Part shown: positions 29,146 to 39,217 of the stretch, piece after piece | How the letters are laid out: every line of letters starts with the position of its first letter | How positions within the stretch are numbered: position 1 is the first letter of the stretch | The notes under the pieces: model-generated | What the model was told of the DNA's origin: nothing | Databases searched by the model: none | The model's input: the letters and a program-made list of their open reading frames with translations, nothing else | Assembly: GCA_963850425.1 (NCBI GenBank) | Contig: CAWKLF010000008.1 | Span: forward strand, 154,421 to 218,420 | DNA from: an uncultured Acidobacteriota bacterium | Lineage (GTDB): Bacteria; Acidobacteriota; Terriglobia; Terriglobales; Acidobacteriaceae | Reading direction: 5' to 3' | DNA: 64,000 nt | Made by a program: the position numbers and the translations under genes

Positions 29146-30186
29146 TTAACCTCGACAGTCCTGCCGCGCTCGTTGAATGTCCTTCATATCCCCCATGGCG
29201 ATAATCACCCACTGGCTCGGCACGACGGCATGGTCGGGAGGATTGATCACGAGTTCACTACCTCCAGGCTGCATAGGGTTCTTCAGTCCAAGGACCAGGA
29301 GATTGTATTGCCCCTTCAAGTTAAGGTCATGAAGCGCGCTTCCAACCCACTTCGAGGAAGAAGTGACCTCAATCTCTTCAACTCTCAAAGTACTTCCCTG
29401 CTCTTTGAGCATTTGATCGAGGAATCCGACCACATGCGGACGGATAAGTTCGCTTGCCATTCTCAGTCCGCCGATCTGGCTAGGCGAAACTGTTGAACTT
29501 GCGCCCGCCCTCATCATCCGATCGGCAAATTTCTTGTCTGTGGACCGCGCTACGATGCGCATCGCAGGAAAGCGCTGGCGCACGATAACGGTAATGACGA
29601 GATTGTCCTTATCATTGGGCAGCGCTGCAATCAGTCCTCGGGCACGGTCCAGCCCCGCCCTGTGCAGGATTTCTTCTTCGGTAGCGTCGCCCAGCGTATA
29701 AAGCATTTGGCCCAGAGTTTCGGGATGCAGGTCGCGCATCTTCTTCACATTCTCTTCGGAGATGTCGACCACGACGAATGGCGTTGCGGTTTTCTGTAGT
29801 TCAGCAACCGCGTGGCGCCCGGTGTCTCCCAGCGCGCAGACAATAAAATGTTGGTTGAGCTCATCGATGCGCTTTTGCATCCTGCGCCTCCAGAAAGGTT
29901 TGGTGGCTTCGACTTCCACCAGGAAAGCCGCGACCACCGAAAACACGTAGACGGTAACCGCCACGCCGAACAGAACAATGCCGATGTTGAAGACGCGTAG
30001 CGCTGGATTGTGGCTGGTGTCGACGATCTCCCCGTAGCCCACTCCGGCCAGGGTAATGACCGCCATGTAAAACGCCTGCAGAAAAGAGACCGAGTCGCCA
30101 CCGAGCAGCCGATAACCGGTTACGCTGATGCAGAGCAAGCCAACCAGCAAGGCGAGCGCGAACAAGAGGCGTTTCCGCAAGGCCAT
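29146..30186 (-). CDS. Potassium channel with RCK (TrkA-N/TrkA-C) cytoplasmic domains
   Basis: 346 aa. Selectivity filter TLAGVGYGE, two flanking TM helices, then FIVCALGDTGRH (Rossmann-like RCK). Confidence 0.8.
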   Translation of the reverse strand: MALRKRLLFALALLVGLLCISVTGYRLLGGDSVSFLQAFYMAVITLAGVGYGEIVDTSHNPALRVFNIGIVLFGVAVTVYVFSVVAAFLVEVEATKPFWRRRMQKRIDELNQHFIVCALGDTGRHAVAELQKTATPFVVVDISEENVKKMRDLHPETLGQMLYTLGDATEEEILHRAGLDRARGLIAALPNDKDNLVITVIVRQRFPAMRIVARSTDKKFADRMMRAGASSTVSPSQIGGLRMASELIRPHVVGFLDQMLKEQGSTLRVEEIEVTSSSKWVGSALHDLNLKGQYNLLVLGLKNPMQPGGSELVINPPDHAVVPSQWVIIAMGDMKDIQRARQDCRG

Positions 30187-30190
30187 CAGT

Positions 30191-32884
30191 TCACCGCCGC
30201 CACTCGTCGATCAGGTTCGCGACCAGGCCGCTCCACCCTGTCTGGTGGCTAGCGCCCAGTCCCATGCCGGAGTCTCCGTGGTAGTACTCGTTGAACAGTA
30301 GGCAGTCTCGCCAATGATCGTCCTTCTGGAATTTCTCATAGCGCCCAAAACACGGACGCCTTCCATTCGAGTCCCGGCTGAAAATGGAGATCATCCGATT
30401 GGCGGCCTCTTGCGCCATCGCAGTGGGCGTGATCGGACGGCCCTGGCTGCCGCGGGTGCTCACCGCCGAGGACGATCCGAGGGCCTGATCGAAACGCACG
30501 AAGGAGTGAATGAGCAGATAAGAAGTGGGAAACCACACCGGTCCGCGCCAGTTCGAGTTCCCGCCCTTCAGCTTCACCTCCGCCTCGCCCGGTTCGTATC
30601 CGAGTGAGCGATCGCCGAATTGAAATGGGTTCTGTCGATGGTATTGCGAGAGGCTGCGAATCCCATGGGGCGACAGGAATTCATCTGGATCCCAGATCCG
30701 TTCCAGGAGACGCTTGAACTGATTCGGATCCGCGATGGACAACACGTATCGCCGGTCTCCATTGCCCACCGCATAACAAGCATCGCCCACCAGGTCGGGA
30801 CGATTCTTGATGAACCATTCGACGTCGCGCAGAAAGTTCGGGTGTGACTGCAGTTCCTCGTGTTCGAGCACTTCGATTGCGTAAAGCGGGATCAGCCCCA
30901 CCAGCGAACGCAGCCGAAACTTGTGAAACTCGCCATTCGGAAAACGCAGAACGTCGTAAAAGAACCCGTCCTTATCATCCCAGAGTTGATAGTTCCGGCC
31001 ACCCATCTTCTTCATCGCCGCGCCGATGTATACGAAATGCTCAAAGAACTTGGTCGCGACACCTTCATAGACGGGATTCTCGCCCGCCAGCTCTAATGCA
31101 ATACGCATCAGATAGAGACAGAAAAATCCCATCCACCCGGTGGCATCGGACTGCTCGAGAATCGCTCCGTTGGGAAATTTCTCCCCGCGATCGACCACCG
31201 CAATATTGTCGAGTCCCAGAAAGCCGCCTTCAAACACGTTGTTGCCTGCACTATCGACGCGATTCACCCACCAGGCAAAATTCATCAGCAGCTTATGAAG
31301 GCATTTCTCCAGAAAGCCGCGGTCCCCTTTCCCGGTCCGTTGCTTTTCGAGCTGGTAGACACGCCAGCAGGCCCAGGCGTGCACCGGCGGATTCATATCC
31401 GAAAATTCCCATTCGTAGGCAGGGATCTGCCCGTTTGGATGCTGAAATTGTTCGAATAAAAGTATCCAAAGGTTTTCTTTCGCAAACTCCGGATCAACCA
31501 GCGCAAGCGTGATGCACTGGAAAGCCAGATCCCAAGCCGCAAACCACGGAAACTCCCACTTATCCGGCATGGAAAGCACGCGCATGGAATTCAGGTGGCG
31601 CCAGTGAACATTGCGCATGTGCTTGCGCGATTCCGGCGGGGGTGTCTTGGGATTGTCGCCCTCGAGCCAGAGGTTCACATCCCAGAGATAGATCTGTTTG
31701 CTCCACAACATTCCGGAGAGGGCCTGCCGCTGAACCATTTTCTCGTCGCTGGACGCGCGCGACGGATGAATTGTCGCGTAGAACTCATCGGCTTCCGCTT
31801 TCCTCTGGCCGACGACGCGATCGATATCCGCAAAAGCATTGTCCATCTGCTGAGGAGCCAGTCGCAATCGCAGAACGACGGAGTCTCTCGCAGGAACGTC
31901 GTAGGTGTATCGAATACAGGCCTTGGTGCCACGCCGCATGGGGTTGACGCAGTTTTCTCTATGAATGATATGGCGATGAAAAGCGTCCTTCACGAATGGC
32001 TTGCGGTTAGAAGTGCAGCCATAAAGCTGGATGGCATTACTTTCGTTGTCCGTGGAGAGCGCTTCGCCGCCCGCGGGAGAGTGCAGATATCTCTTTCCGA
32101 GCGAATAAGGAAACTGGAGATTGCGCAACTGCACACGACCGAAATCGTCGGCCGTCAGGACGATCGGGCCTTGGCCGGCAGGTTCGCTTGTGATGATCGG
32201 CTCGCTGGCGGGCGGGTCCGTCCATGCCCATGTATTGCGAAACCACAGGTGGGGCAGCAGGTGCAGAGTCGCCGTTTCTGGGCCCCGGTTGAAAGCCTCG
32301 ATGCGGATGCAAATGTCTTCAGCTTCGGCCTTGGCGTATTCAATGACGACATCGAAGTATCGGTTATCGTCGAAGATGCCCGTGTCGAGGAGTTCGTACT
32401 CCGGCGCTCCGACCTTTCCCCAGCGGCGCCGATTCTCTTCCAGCAACTGCGTGTAGGGAAACTCTCGCTGCGGATACTTGTAAAGAAGCTTTTGATAACT
32501 ATGCGTGGGAGTATTGTCGATATAAAACCAATACTCCTTCGCATCTTCGCCATGGTTGCCCTCGTTTCCCGAAAGACCGAACATGCGTTCCTTCAGGATT
32601 GGATCTTTGCCATTCCACAAAGCCAGGGCGAACACCAGCAACTGATAACGATCACAAATGCCAGCAATACCATCTTCACCCCAACGGTAGGCCTTGCTGC
32701 GAGCCATGTCATGCGTCAGAAACTCCCACGCACAACCGTCGGGGCTGTAGTCTTCGCGCACGCTTCCCCATGACCGCTCGCTTACATAAGGCCCCCACTT
32801 CCGCCAAGGGGCTACAAATCCTGTATAGGGTTCGGCAAGACGTTCGTGCTCTTTGCTGCGAGGCTTACCCGCGGAGGAATTCAT
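30191..32884 (-). CDS. Large cytoplasmic glucosidase-like protein (GH63-type (alpha/alpha)6 barrel family)
   Basis: 897 aa with no signal peptide. The N-terminal [21 protein letters not shown]... and C-terminal [26 protein letters not shown] resemble bacterial ~890-aa GH63-like glucosidases as I recall them. Recognition is from memory only. Confidence 0.6.
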   Translation of the reverse strand: MNSSAGKPRSKEHERLAEPYTGFVAPWRKWGPYVSERSWGSVREDYSPDGCAWEFLTHDMARSKAYRWGEDGIAGICDRYQLLVFALALWNGKDPILKERMFGLSGNEGNHGEDAKEYWFYIDNTPTHSYQKLLYKYPQREFPYTQLLEENRRRWGKVGAPEYELLDTGIFDDNRYFDVVIEYAKAEAEDICIRIEAFNRGPETATLHLLPHLWFRNTWAWTDPPASEPIITSEPAGQGPIVLTADDFGRVQLRNLQFPYSLGKRYLHSPAGGEALSTDNESNAIQLYGCTSNRKPFVKDAFHRHIIHRENCVNPMRRGTKACIRYTYDVPARDSVVLRLRLAPQQMDNAFADIDRVVGQRKAEADEFYATIHPSRASSDEKMVQRQALSGMLWSKQIYLWDVNLWLEGDNPKTPPPESRKHMRNVHWRHLNSMRVLSMPDKWEFPWFAAWDLAFQCITLALVDPEFAKENLWILLFEQFQHPNGQIPAYEWEFSDMNPPVHAWACWRVYQLEKQRTGKGDRGFLEKCLHKLLMNFAWWVNRVDSAGNNVFEGGFLGLDNIAVVDRGEKFPNGAILEQSDATGWMGFFCLYLMRIALELAGENPVYEGVATKFFEHFVYIGAAMKKMGGRNYQLWDDKDGFFYDVLRFPNGEFHKFRLRSLVGLIPLYAIEVLEHEELQSHPNFLRDVEWFIKNRPDLVGDACYAVGNGDRRYVLSIADPNQFKRLLERIWDPDEFLSPHGIRSLSQYHRQNPFQFGDRSLGYEPGEAEVKLKGGNSNWRGPVWFPTSYLLIHSFVRFDQALGSSSAVSTRGSQGRPITPTAMAQEAANRMISIFSRDSNGRRPCFGRYEKFQKDDHWRDCLLFNEYYHGDSGMGLGASHQTGWSGLVANLIDEWRR

Positions 32885-32886
32885 TC

Positions 32887-34221
32887 CTACTGGCTCGCTT
32901 TCTCGTACCGGCCGGCGCGAGAGAGTGCAGCACTGACCTTCTGCATTTGCGCCGCGAAGCGAGGAGCGTTGTATGCCGATGGATTGTCAACCTGCTGGAA
33001 TAGCCCTTTTATCGCTTCTCGCATGTCGGCATCGTTTGCGCCTTTGTTGTTTTGCATGTAGGCAGCGAAGAGCGAGTCGAGCGACATCGCGGCCTGCTCG
33101 GCTGCGCGTTGCCCCTGCACCGAGATCGAATCGCCATCCTGCGCGATTGATTTCATAACCGCGAGAGCGAAAGCTTGATCGTACGATTTCGCATTTAATT
33201 GCTGAGCAAATTGCGCCGCAGTCGCCGCAGCGTGAGTTGCCGTGCTCGCAATTTCCTGAGGACTGCCGTTGCGTGTGCCCAGCAAGGCCGCCAACTTCGT
33301 GATGTCCACATCCAACTGCTGAGCCTTATCAGGGCTGCTCCGTTTTGCAATGTGCCGGAAAACCACGTACCGCGATTGGTTCCAGGCGGCAACTCCTGGT
33401 TCCCTTCCGCCATAACCAACTTCTTGCCTCCAGCTGTCTTCTGGCTTGGTGAGGCTGTGGTGGCAAGCGAAGCAATCGAGTTCACCGTACTCCGGCCAGG
33501 AAGAACTTCCCGCCCGGCGCGCCAGTCGCTCCAATCCTTTTTGTAGTTGCACGGCTTCCCCGACGCCCCACACTTGCACGCCGCGCCATGCGTTATCGGT
33601 GGGCTCTTTCCAGTGCAGCGGCATGACCGAGCTGAACAGGTTGAGTTCGAAAGTTAAGTCCGGATGCCCGGCCGCGATCATCTCATGGTCGACAAACTTC
33701 TCCGAAGTTCCAAGGTGACAGGCCAGACACCGCTCGCTGCGCTTGATCAGGTCGCGCGTATCATACATTCCAAGCTGCACCGACTTTTCATGCGGCCAGT
33801 CCTTGGTGGTATGCGGCCCCAGCCATCCGGAAGCAGGACCGTGACAGCTTTCACAACTCACTCCATCGACGAGTTCAAAGGTTTCAGCGCGCTGCTCGCT
33901 CGGCACCGACAAGGCATGGCACGCCAGGCACTTCTGCGACTGATCCGGGCGTCCAATGTTAAGAATCTTCCCGATACGCAACGAGACTGCATTGGAGAGC
34001 ACCTGGTAAGCGCGCGCATGCTTGTCCTGTCCCGCCCAGATGCTGTACTCGTTTTGCGATACGTGGGTGATTTGCCGGGGCTGGATACTGCCATGACAGC
34101 TGCTGCTGGCGCATCCACCGGGCCCGTTGTATTTCCCGGTCGGTGCGTTTTGCGCAGAGGCACACGAGAGCAGTACCAGACACACGACTGCGTGCCATGC
34201 CGGGTTGGCCTTGTTGCGCAT
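32887..34221 (-). CDS. Periplasmic multiheme cytochrome c (4 CXXCH + 1 CX4CH)
   Basis: 444 aa. Signal peptide [15 protein letters not shown]. Motifs CASSSCH, CLACH, CESCH, CLACH, CFACH. C-terminal helical domain. Its stop lies 2 nt before the GH63 start. Confidence 0.8.
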   Translation of the reverse strand: MRNKANPAWHAVVCLVLLSCASAQNAPTGKYNGPGGCASSSCHGSIQPRQITHVSQNEYSIWAGQDKHARAYQVLSNAVSLRIGKILNIGRPDQSQKCLACHALSVPSEQRAETFELVDGVSCESCHGPASGWLGPHTTKDWPHEKSVQLGMYDTRDLIKRSERCLACHLGTSEKFVDHEMIAAGHPDLTFELNLFSSVMPLHWKEPTDNAWRGVQVWGVGEAVQLQKGLERLARRAGSSSWPEYGELDCFACHHSLTKPEDSWRQEVGYGGREPGVAAWNQSRYVVFRHIAKRSSPDKAQQLDVDITKLAALLGTRNGSPQEIASTATHAAATAAQFAQQLNAKSYDQAFALAVMKSIAQDGDSISVQGQRAAEQAAMSLDSLFAAYMQNNKGANDADMREAIKGLFQQVDNPSAYNAPRFAAQMQKVSAALSRAGRYEKASQ

Positions 34222-34448
34222 TGCGTCTGCGTAGGTAGAGTCCGCGCGCGATTTTGCAGCCGGATGGCCTTGCTTATACCTATTCCAGAAGCTGGAATCA
34301 ATTGACAGTTTGGTACGTCGGCAGCACGACCGTACAGGGACCTCTAGTCATTCGGTGTCCCAAGATCGGCATTCCCGCCGACCATCATTGACGATAAGAT
34401 TTCAGCAATCTTTCCATCGTGATCGAGTCTTAAGGGGACACTAGCGCC

Positions 34449-36122
34449 TTGTTCGACCAACTCAGGGCGATTCAGCAGAAGTTTGGCTACTTGCCGGCTG
34501 ATCAACTCCACCAACTAGCTGCCCGGATCAACGTCCCGGTAAGCCAGATTCATACGGTCGCCAGCTTCTATCCTCATTTCCATCTGACCCCGCCTCCACG
34601 CGCGGAAGTGAAGGTTTGCGCCGACATGACTTGCCACCTCCGCGGCGGCCCGGAACTTAAAGCGGAGCTGGAACAAACCTTCCGAGGCAGCAGCCCCGAC
34701 GACGTTTCCATTCGCGACGTTTCTTGCCTCGGTCGCTGCGACAAAGCCGCCGCTCTCGCAATCAATGATCGGATTTATTGCGGACTGGACGCACGCGAGG
34801 CCGTCGCCATCGCGCGCAATGCAGCAGCCGGCCGTCCGCTTCCGCCCGAACCCCGCGATCGTCCGCAGGTGTCCGTAATCTCCGACCCATACTCTGGCGC
34901 CCCTAGTTACTCCCTGGTGCGACGCTTTGTAGAGACACGCGACTGGAGCAGCACCATCGCCACCCTGAAAGCCAGCGGCCTGCGCGGGATGGGAGGTGCG
35001 GGTTTTCCCACTGGCAACAAGTGGGAGATCGTTCGCAACGCCCCAGGCAAAGCCAAGTACATTGTCTGCAATGCCGACGAGAGCGAACCGGGCACCATCA
35101 AGGACCGGTTCATCATGGAAGCAGTCCCCCACCTGGTGATCGAAGGCATGATCATCGCGGGACTTGTCACCGGAGCACAGCAAGGCATTCTCTACATCCG
35201 GCACGAATACGAAGAACCGCGGGAAGTCCTTCAGCAAGAGATTGACCGCTGTTACCACGCCGGATTGCTCGGGAAAAAAATTCTGGGCTCCGAGTTGACG
35301 TTCGAGCTCGAAATCTTCATCAGTCCCGGCGGGTACATCTGCGGCGAAGAAAGTGCGCTTCTCGAGGCCATCGAAGGCAAGCGATCCGAGCCGCGCAACA
35401 AGCCGCCCTTTCCGGGAACCAATGGCCTTTGGAACCAGCCAACCGTCATCAATAACGTCGAAACATTTACGTTTGCGACTGCCATCCTGGCGCGCGGCGC
35501 CGACTGGTTCAAGGCTCAGGGCAAGAACGGGTCAGCCGGGATGAAATTCGTAGGCATCAGCGGGGACGTCAACTCCCCCGGCGTCTTCGAAGTGCCCATG
35601 GGCACGACGTATTCCGAACTCATTCACGAGAAAGCTGGCGGCATCGAGGGACAACGGAAGTTGCTGGCCTTCGCTCCTTCTGGCCCGTCGTCCGGTTATC
35701 TGCCCGCATCGATGGTGGACCTGCCACTCGACTGGAACGCCGTGGCGGCTGCCGGATCCATGGTGGGCTCGGGCGCCATCGTTGTCTGCGCCGAAGGCCG
35801 TTGCATGCTCGACATGGCGCTCAATGCTGTCCGTTTCTATCGAAACGAATCCTGCGGCAAGTGCGTTCCCTGCCGATTGGGATCGCAGAAGATGGTCGAA
35901 ATGCTAACTGGATGGACCGAAGGCCGATCAGCAAGCACAGATCGCCAGGTTCTCGATGAACTCTCCAGCGCGATGAAGCTGACCTCCATCTGCGGCCTGG
36001 GTCAGGTTGTTCCCGTTCCCATAGCATCCGTCCTAAAGCATTTCCCGGAAGTGGTCGAGGAACACATCACTGGCCGCCGCTGTCCCGCCGGTGTTTGCTT
36101 CACGAAGCGAGGCTCGGCATGA
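34449..36122 (+). CDS. NuoE-NuoF fusion: NADH-oxidising FMN/Fe-S flavoprotein
   Basis: 557 aa, TTG start. The N-terminus has a thioredoxin-like 2Fe-2S fold (CADMTCH ... SCLGRCD). This is followed by GLRGMGGAGFPTGNKW (FMN), YIVCNADESEPGT (NADH), YICGEESALLEAIEGKR, and ESCGKCVPCRLG ... SICGLG (N3-type 4Fe-4S). Confidence 0.85.
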   Translation: MFDQLRAIQQKFGYLPADQLHQLAARINVPVSQIHTVASFYPHFHLTPPPRAEVKVCADMTCHLRGGPELKAELEQTFRGSSPDDVSIRDVSCLGRCDKAAALAINDRIYCGLDAREAVAIARNAAAGRPLPPEPRDRPQVSVISDPYSGAPSYSLVRRFVETRDWSSTIATLKASGLRGMGGAGFPTGNKWEIVRNAPGKAKYIVCNADESEPGTIKDRFIMEAVPHLVIEGMIIAGLVTGAQQGILYIRHEYEEPREVLQQEIDRCYHAGLLGKKILGSELTFELEIFISPGGYICGEESALLEAIEGKRSEPRNKPPFPGTNGLWNQPTVINNVETFTFATAILARGADWFKAQGKNGSAGMKFVGISGDVNSPGVFEVPMGTTYSELIHEKAGGIEGQRKLLAFAPSGPSSGYLPASMVDLPLDWNAVAAAGSMVGSGAIVVCAEGRCMLDMALNAVRFYRNESCGKCVPCRLGSQKMVEMLTGWTEGRSASTDRQVLDELSSAMKLTSICGLGQVVPVPIASVLKHFPEVVEEHITGRRCPAGVCFTKRGSA

Positions 36123-38281
36123 GTACGAAGCCGGGCGCTGAGATCCAGTTGACGATCGACGGAACCAGCGTCTCGGTCCCGACGGGCACAACCATTTTCG
36201 ATGCCGCCCGCTTGAATGGAATTCCAATTCCCACTCTTTGCCACCAGCAGAACGAAAATCCGGTCGGAGTTTGCAGAGTTTGCGTGGTCGATATCGGCCA
36301 GCGTGTCTATGCGGCGTCCTGCATCCGGCAGGCTGAGCCGGGCATGAACGTAAAGACATGCTCCGATCCGGTGAAAGCGGCGCGCCACACGCTCATCGAA
36401 CTGTTGATGTCGGATCATCCCGCGCCCTGCGCTCGCCAGCAACACTCCGGCGACTGTGAACTGGAACGGCTCTCGGCAGCTACCGGGATCAGCGAGGTTC
36501 GCTTCCCAAAACGCTCCACTCCACGCGGAAAGGACGATTCCTCCGCGGTCATTGCCGTCGATCACGAATCGTGCATCCTTTGCGATCGCTGTGTGCGCGG
36601 CTGCGACGACATCCGCCACAACTGGGTGCTGGCGCGGCGCGGCAAGGGATATCAGGCAGGCATCGCCTTCGACACCAATCTACCGATGGCCGAATCGTCC
36701 TGTGTGTCGTGCGGGGAGTGCATGGTCTCGTGCCCCACCGGCGCGCTTACCAACAAGCGCGTCGTCGGAACCCAATTGGGCGAAGGCGAGGTTCTCGACC
36801 CCACGGAACTTCTCGGCCTGCCGATCTTCCAGAACGTATCTGGAACCTTCCTCGAACTCAATCAGAAGGCTGTAGTCAAGCGCCACTACCGGGCCGGAGA
36901 GATTATCTGTCGTGAAGGCGACTTCGGCTCAACCGCTTTCTACATCCTCGAAGGTAAGGCGGAGGTTTTTCTCGCAAGTCCCATGGCGCATGTAGAGACC
37001 AATGGCACCAGCCAGGGATTCTTCAGAAAGCTGAAGAGCATGCTCAGCACCCGTGGACAACACCGCCGCAGCGAAGAATCGGATCGGCCCTTTATCCCCA
37101 TCGATGCGTCCGTTGACCTTCCCTACGACCGGCCGATCGCCGACCTGAATCCTGGGGACCTGTTCGGCGAGATGACCTGCATGAGCTATTACCCGCGCTC
37201 GGCAACCGTGCGGGCCAAGACCGATTGCGTGATGCTCGAGATGCTGCGCAACGTCCTCGACATCCTGCAGCGGAACAAGACATTCCGGGCGCAGTTGGAA
37301 CGGAACTACCGGGCGCGCGCTCTTGATTCCCATTTGCGCAGCGTGCCCATCTTCTCGTCGCTCACCAAGGACTTCATCGATCACCTTCGCGACCGCGTCG
37401 AACTCCTGCGCTTCAGTCCCGGTCAGGTCATCTGCCGGCAAGGGGACGTGGCCGACAGCTTTTATCTCGTGCGCATCGGCTTCGTCAAAGTGTCCGAAGA
37501 TCGTCCCGGAGGCGAGTTGATCCTCGCTTACCTCGCGCGCGGAGGATATTTCGGTGAAATCGCCCTGCTCAGCGGAAGCCCAAGGACCGCCACCTGCACG
37601 GCACTCGACCACGTGGAAGTCGTACGCATCGCGCGTGATGACTTTGAATTGATGCTCGAGCGCTTCCCGGAAGTGCGCGCCAAACTTGAGGCCATTGCAC
37701 AGGAACGCGCCGCGGAGAATCGCCGCCGCACAGCTCAGTTGCAGACGCTGCCAGTTGATCAATTTCTCGCCAACGGCTTGATGGAAGCCCAGAGCCTGCT
37801 GGTTCTCGACCTGGAGCGCTGCACGCGCTGCGATCAGTGCGTACGCGCTTGCGCCGATGCCCACGACGGCGTCAGCCGCCTGGTGCGCGAAGGTCTACGC
37901 TTCGACAAATACCTGGTCGCAACTTCCTGCCGCCAGTGCCGCGACCCGCTATGCATGGTCGGCTGCCCCGTCGGTTCCATCCGTCGCCGGAATTCGCTCG
38001 AGGTCATCATCGAAGACTGGTGCATCGGGTGTGGATTGTGCGCGAACAATTGCCCGTACGGCAACATTAACCTCCACCCGTTCCCGGTGGAACTCGACGA
38101 TCCCGCGCATCCGGGACGGAAAATTGCCAGCACACGCGTCAAAGCAACCTCGTGCGATCTTTGTCACGATCACGCCGAGCCCAGCTGCGTTTATGCGTGC
38201 CCGCATGATGCGGCACATCGCGTGAACCCGCCCGAGTTCTTCGCCGGACTCCTCAAGCTGCCCAGCGGAGCAAAGGGCTAG
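36119..38281 (+). CDS. Multidomain Fe-S protein: NuoG-N-terminal-like 2Fe-2S + His-ligated 4Fe-4S + 2x[4Fe-4S], two cNMP-binding domains, then a C-terminal DmsB/NrfC/HybA-like polyferredoxin
   Basis: Start placed at ATG 36119 (ATGA overlap with the upstream stop). The N-terminus has IQLTIDGTSVSVPTGTTIFDAARLNGIPIPTLCH..CRVC..C, SDHPAPC..GDC, and CILCDRCVRGC / CVSCGECMVSCP. The cNMP phosphate-binding cassettes are FGEMTCMSYYPRSATVRA and FGEIALLSGSPRTATCTA. The C-terminus has CTRCDQCVRAC, CRQCRDPLCMVGCP, CIGCGLCANNCP and CDLC..PSCVYACP. Confidence 0.8.
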   Translation: MSTKPGAEIQLTIDGTSVSVPTGTTIFDAARLNGIPIPTLCHQQNENPVGVCRVCVVDIGQRVYAASCIRQAEPGMNVKTCSDPVKAARHTLIELLMSDHPAPCARQQHSGDCELERLSAATGISEVRFPKRSTPRGKDDSSAVIAVDHESCILCDRCVRGCDDIRHNWVLARRGKGYQAGIAFDTNLPMAESSCVSCGECMVSCPTGALTNKRVVGTQLGEGEVLDPTELLGLPIFQNVSGTFLELNQKAVVKRHYRAGEIICREGDFGSTAFYILEGKAEVFLASPMAHVETNGTSQGFFRKLKSMLSTRGQHRRSEESDRPFIPIDASVDLPYDRPIADLNPGDLFGEMTCMSYYPRSATVRAKTDCVMLEMLRNVLDILQRNKTFRAQLERNYRARALDSHLRSVPIFSSLTKDFIDHLRDRVELLRFSPGQVICRQGDVADSFYLVRIGFVKVSEDRPGGELILAYLARGGYFGEIALLSGSPRTATCTALDHVEVVRIARDDFELMLERFPEVRAKLEAIAQERAAENRRRTAQLQTLPVDQFLANGLMEAQSLLVLDLERCTRCDQCVRACADAHDGVSRLVREGLRFDKYLVATSCRQCRDPLCMVGCPVGSIRRRNSLEVIIEDWCIGCGLCANNCPYGNINLHPFPVELDDPAHPGRKIASTRVKATSCDLCHDHAEPSCVYACPHDAAHRVNPPEFFAGLLKLPSGAKG

Positions 38282-38286
38282 TCCCC

Positions 38287-39207
38287 ATGCTTATCGATCA
38301 CACCCACCGCAAATGGCTCGTCGGCAGCATGGCAGTCTTGGTTGTGGCGGGAGCGACTTACATTCCCTACAGCCTTCGCTCGCCACAAGGACCGCGCGGT
38401 AGCAGTGTTCCGGGAATCGTTTACGGAAGCGTCGGATTTGCGTTCATGCTGTTCGCAGGCCTCTTGGGGCTGCGCAAGAAATTTCCCGTCTGGCGCATCG
38501 GACGGGCCAAGGCGTGGATGCGCGGCCATCTCTGGCTGGGCTTTATAAGTTTTCCGCTCATTCTCCTGCATGGCGGCTTCCACTTCGGCGGCCCACTGAC
38601 GCGTGTCCTGATGTGGCTGTTCGTTTTTGTCTTTGCCAGCGGAATTCTGGGAGCCGCCCTGCAACACTTCCTTCCGCGCCTTCACACAGCCCAACTTCCA
38701 ATGGAAACCATCTACGAGCAGATCGACCGGGTTCGCGGCCAGCTTATGGAGGAAGCCGAACGAGTGGTGAAGGAATCGTGCGCAGCTCTCGAAGGCGACG
38801 TCCCCAGCGCAACCGAACGGCAACGGGCCGCGGCGGCATCGGCGGGAGCCAGCTGGGATGTAACGGTTGCCTCCGGCATGCAAGTGGACGAGCAAGCGAG
38901 TGCTGAACTGCGCCGCGTGCTTTCCGCTGAAATCTGTCCTTACCTGAGTAAGGCAGGAGCGCGAACTGCCCGGATCGCAGATCCGCAAGTTGCTAGCGCA
39001 CTATTCCGTCAGCTGCGCGTGTTGCTGCCGGCGACCTTGCATCCGAATATGGACGATCTGGAAAACATCTGCGAAGAAAAACGCCAGCTCGATAAGCAGA
39101 ACCGGCTTCACAAGATTTTGCATGGCTGGCTGCTGGTTCACGTGCCCATCTCCTACGCATTAATTCTGCTCGGAGCATGGCACGCAATCGTGGCTCTGAG
39201 ATTCTAG
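38287..39207 (+). CDS. Integral membrane protein, 5 predicted TM helices with conserved-looking histidines (possible b-heme/quinone subunit); family not recognised
   Basis: 306 aa. Helices around WLVGSMAVLVVAG, GIVYGSVGFAFMLFAGLL, HLWLGFISFPLILLHGGFHF, VLMWLFVFVFASGILGAALQHF and LHGWLLVHVPISYALILLGAWHAIVAL. A ~150-aa soluble loop precedes the last helix. Spacing is 5 nt after the upstream gene and 10 nt before the next. Confidence 0.55.
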   Translation: MLIDHTHRKWLVGSMAVLVVAGATYIPYSLRSPQGPRGSSVPGIVYGSVGFAFMLFAGLLGLRKKFPVWRIGRAKAWMRGHLWLGFISFPLILLHGGFHFGGPLTRVLMWLFVFVFASGILGAALQHFLPRLHTAQLPMETIYEQIDRVRGQLMEEAERVVKESCAALEGDVPSATERQRAAAASAGASWDVTVASGMQVDEQASAELRRVLSAEICPYLSKAGARTARIADPQVASALFRQLRVLLPATLHPNMDDLENICEEKRQLDKQNRLHKILHGWLLVHVPISYALILLGAWHAIVALRF

Positions 39208-39217
39208 GCCGACGGCA

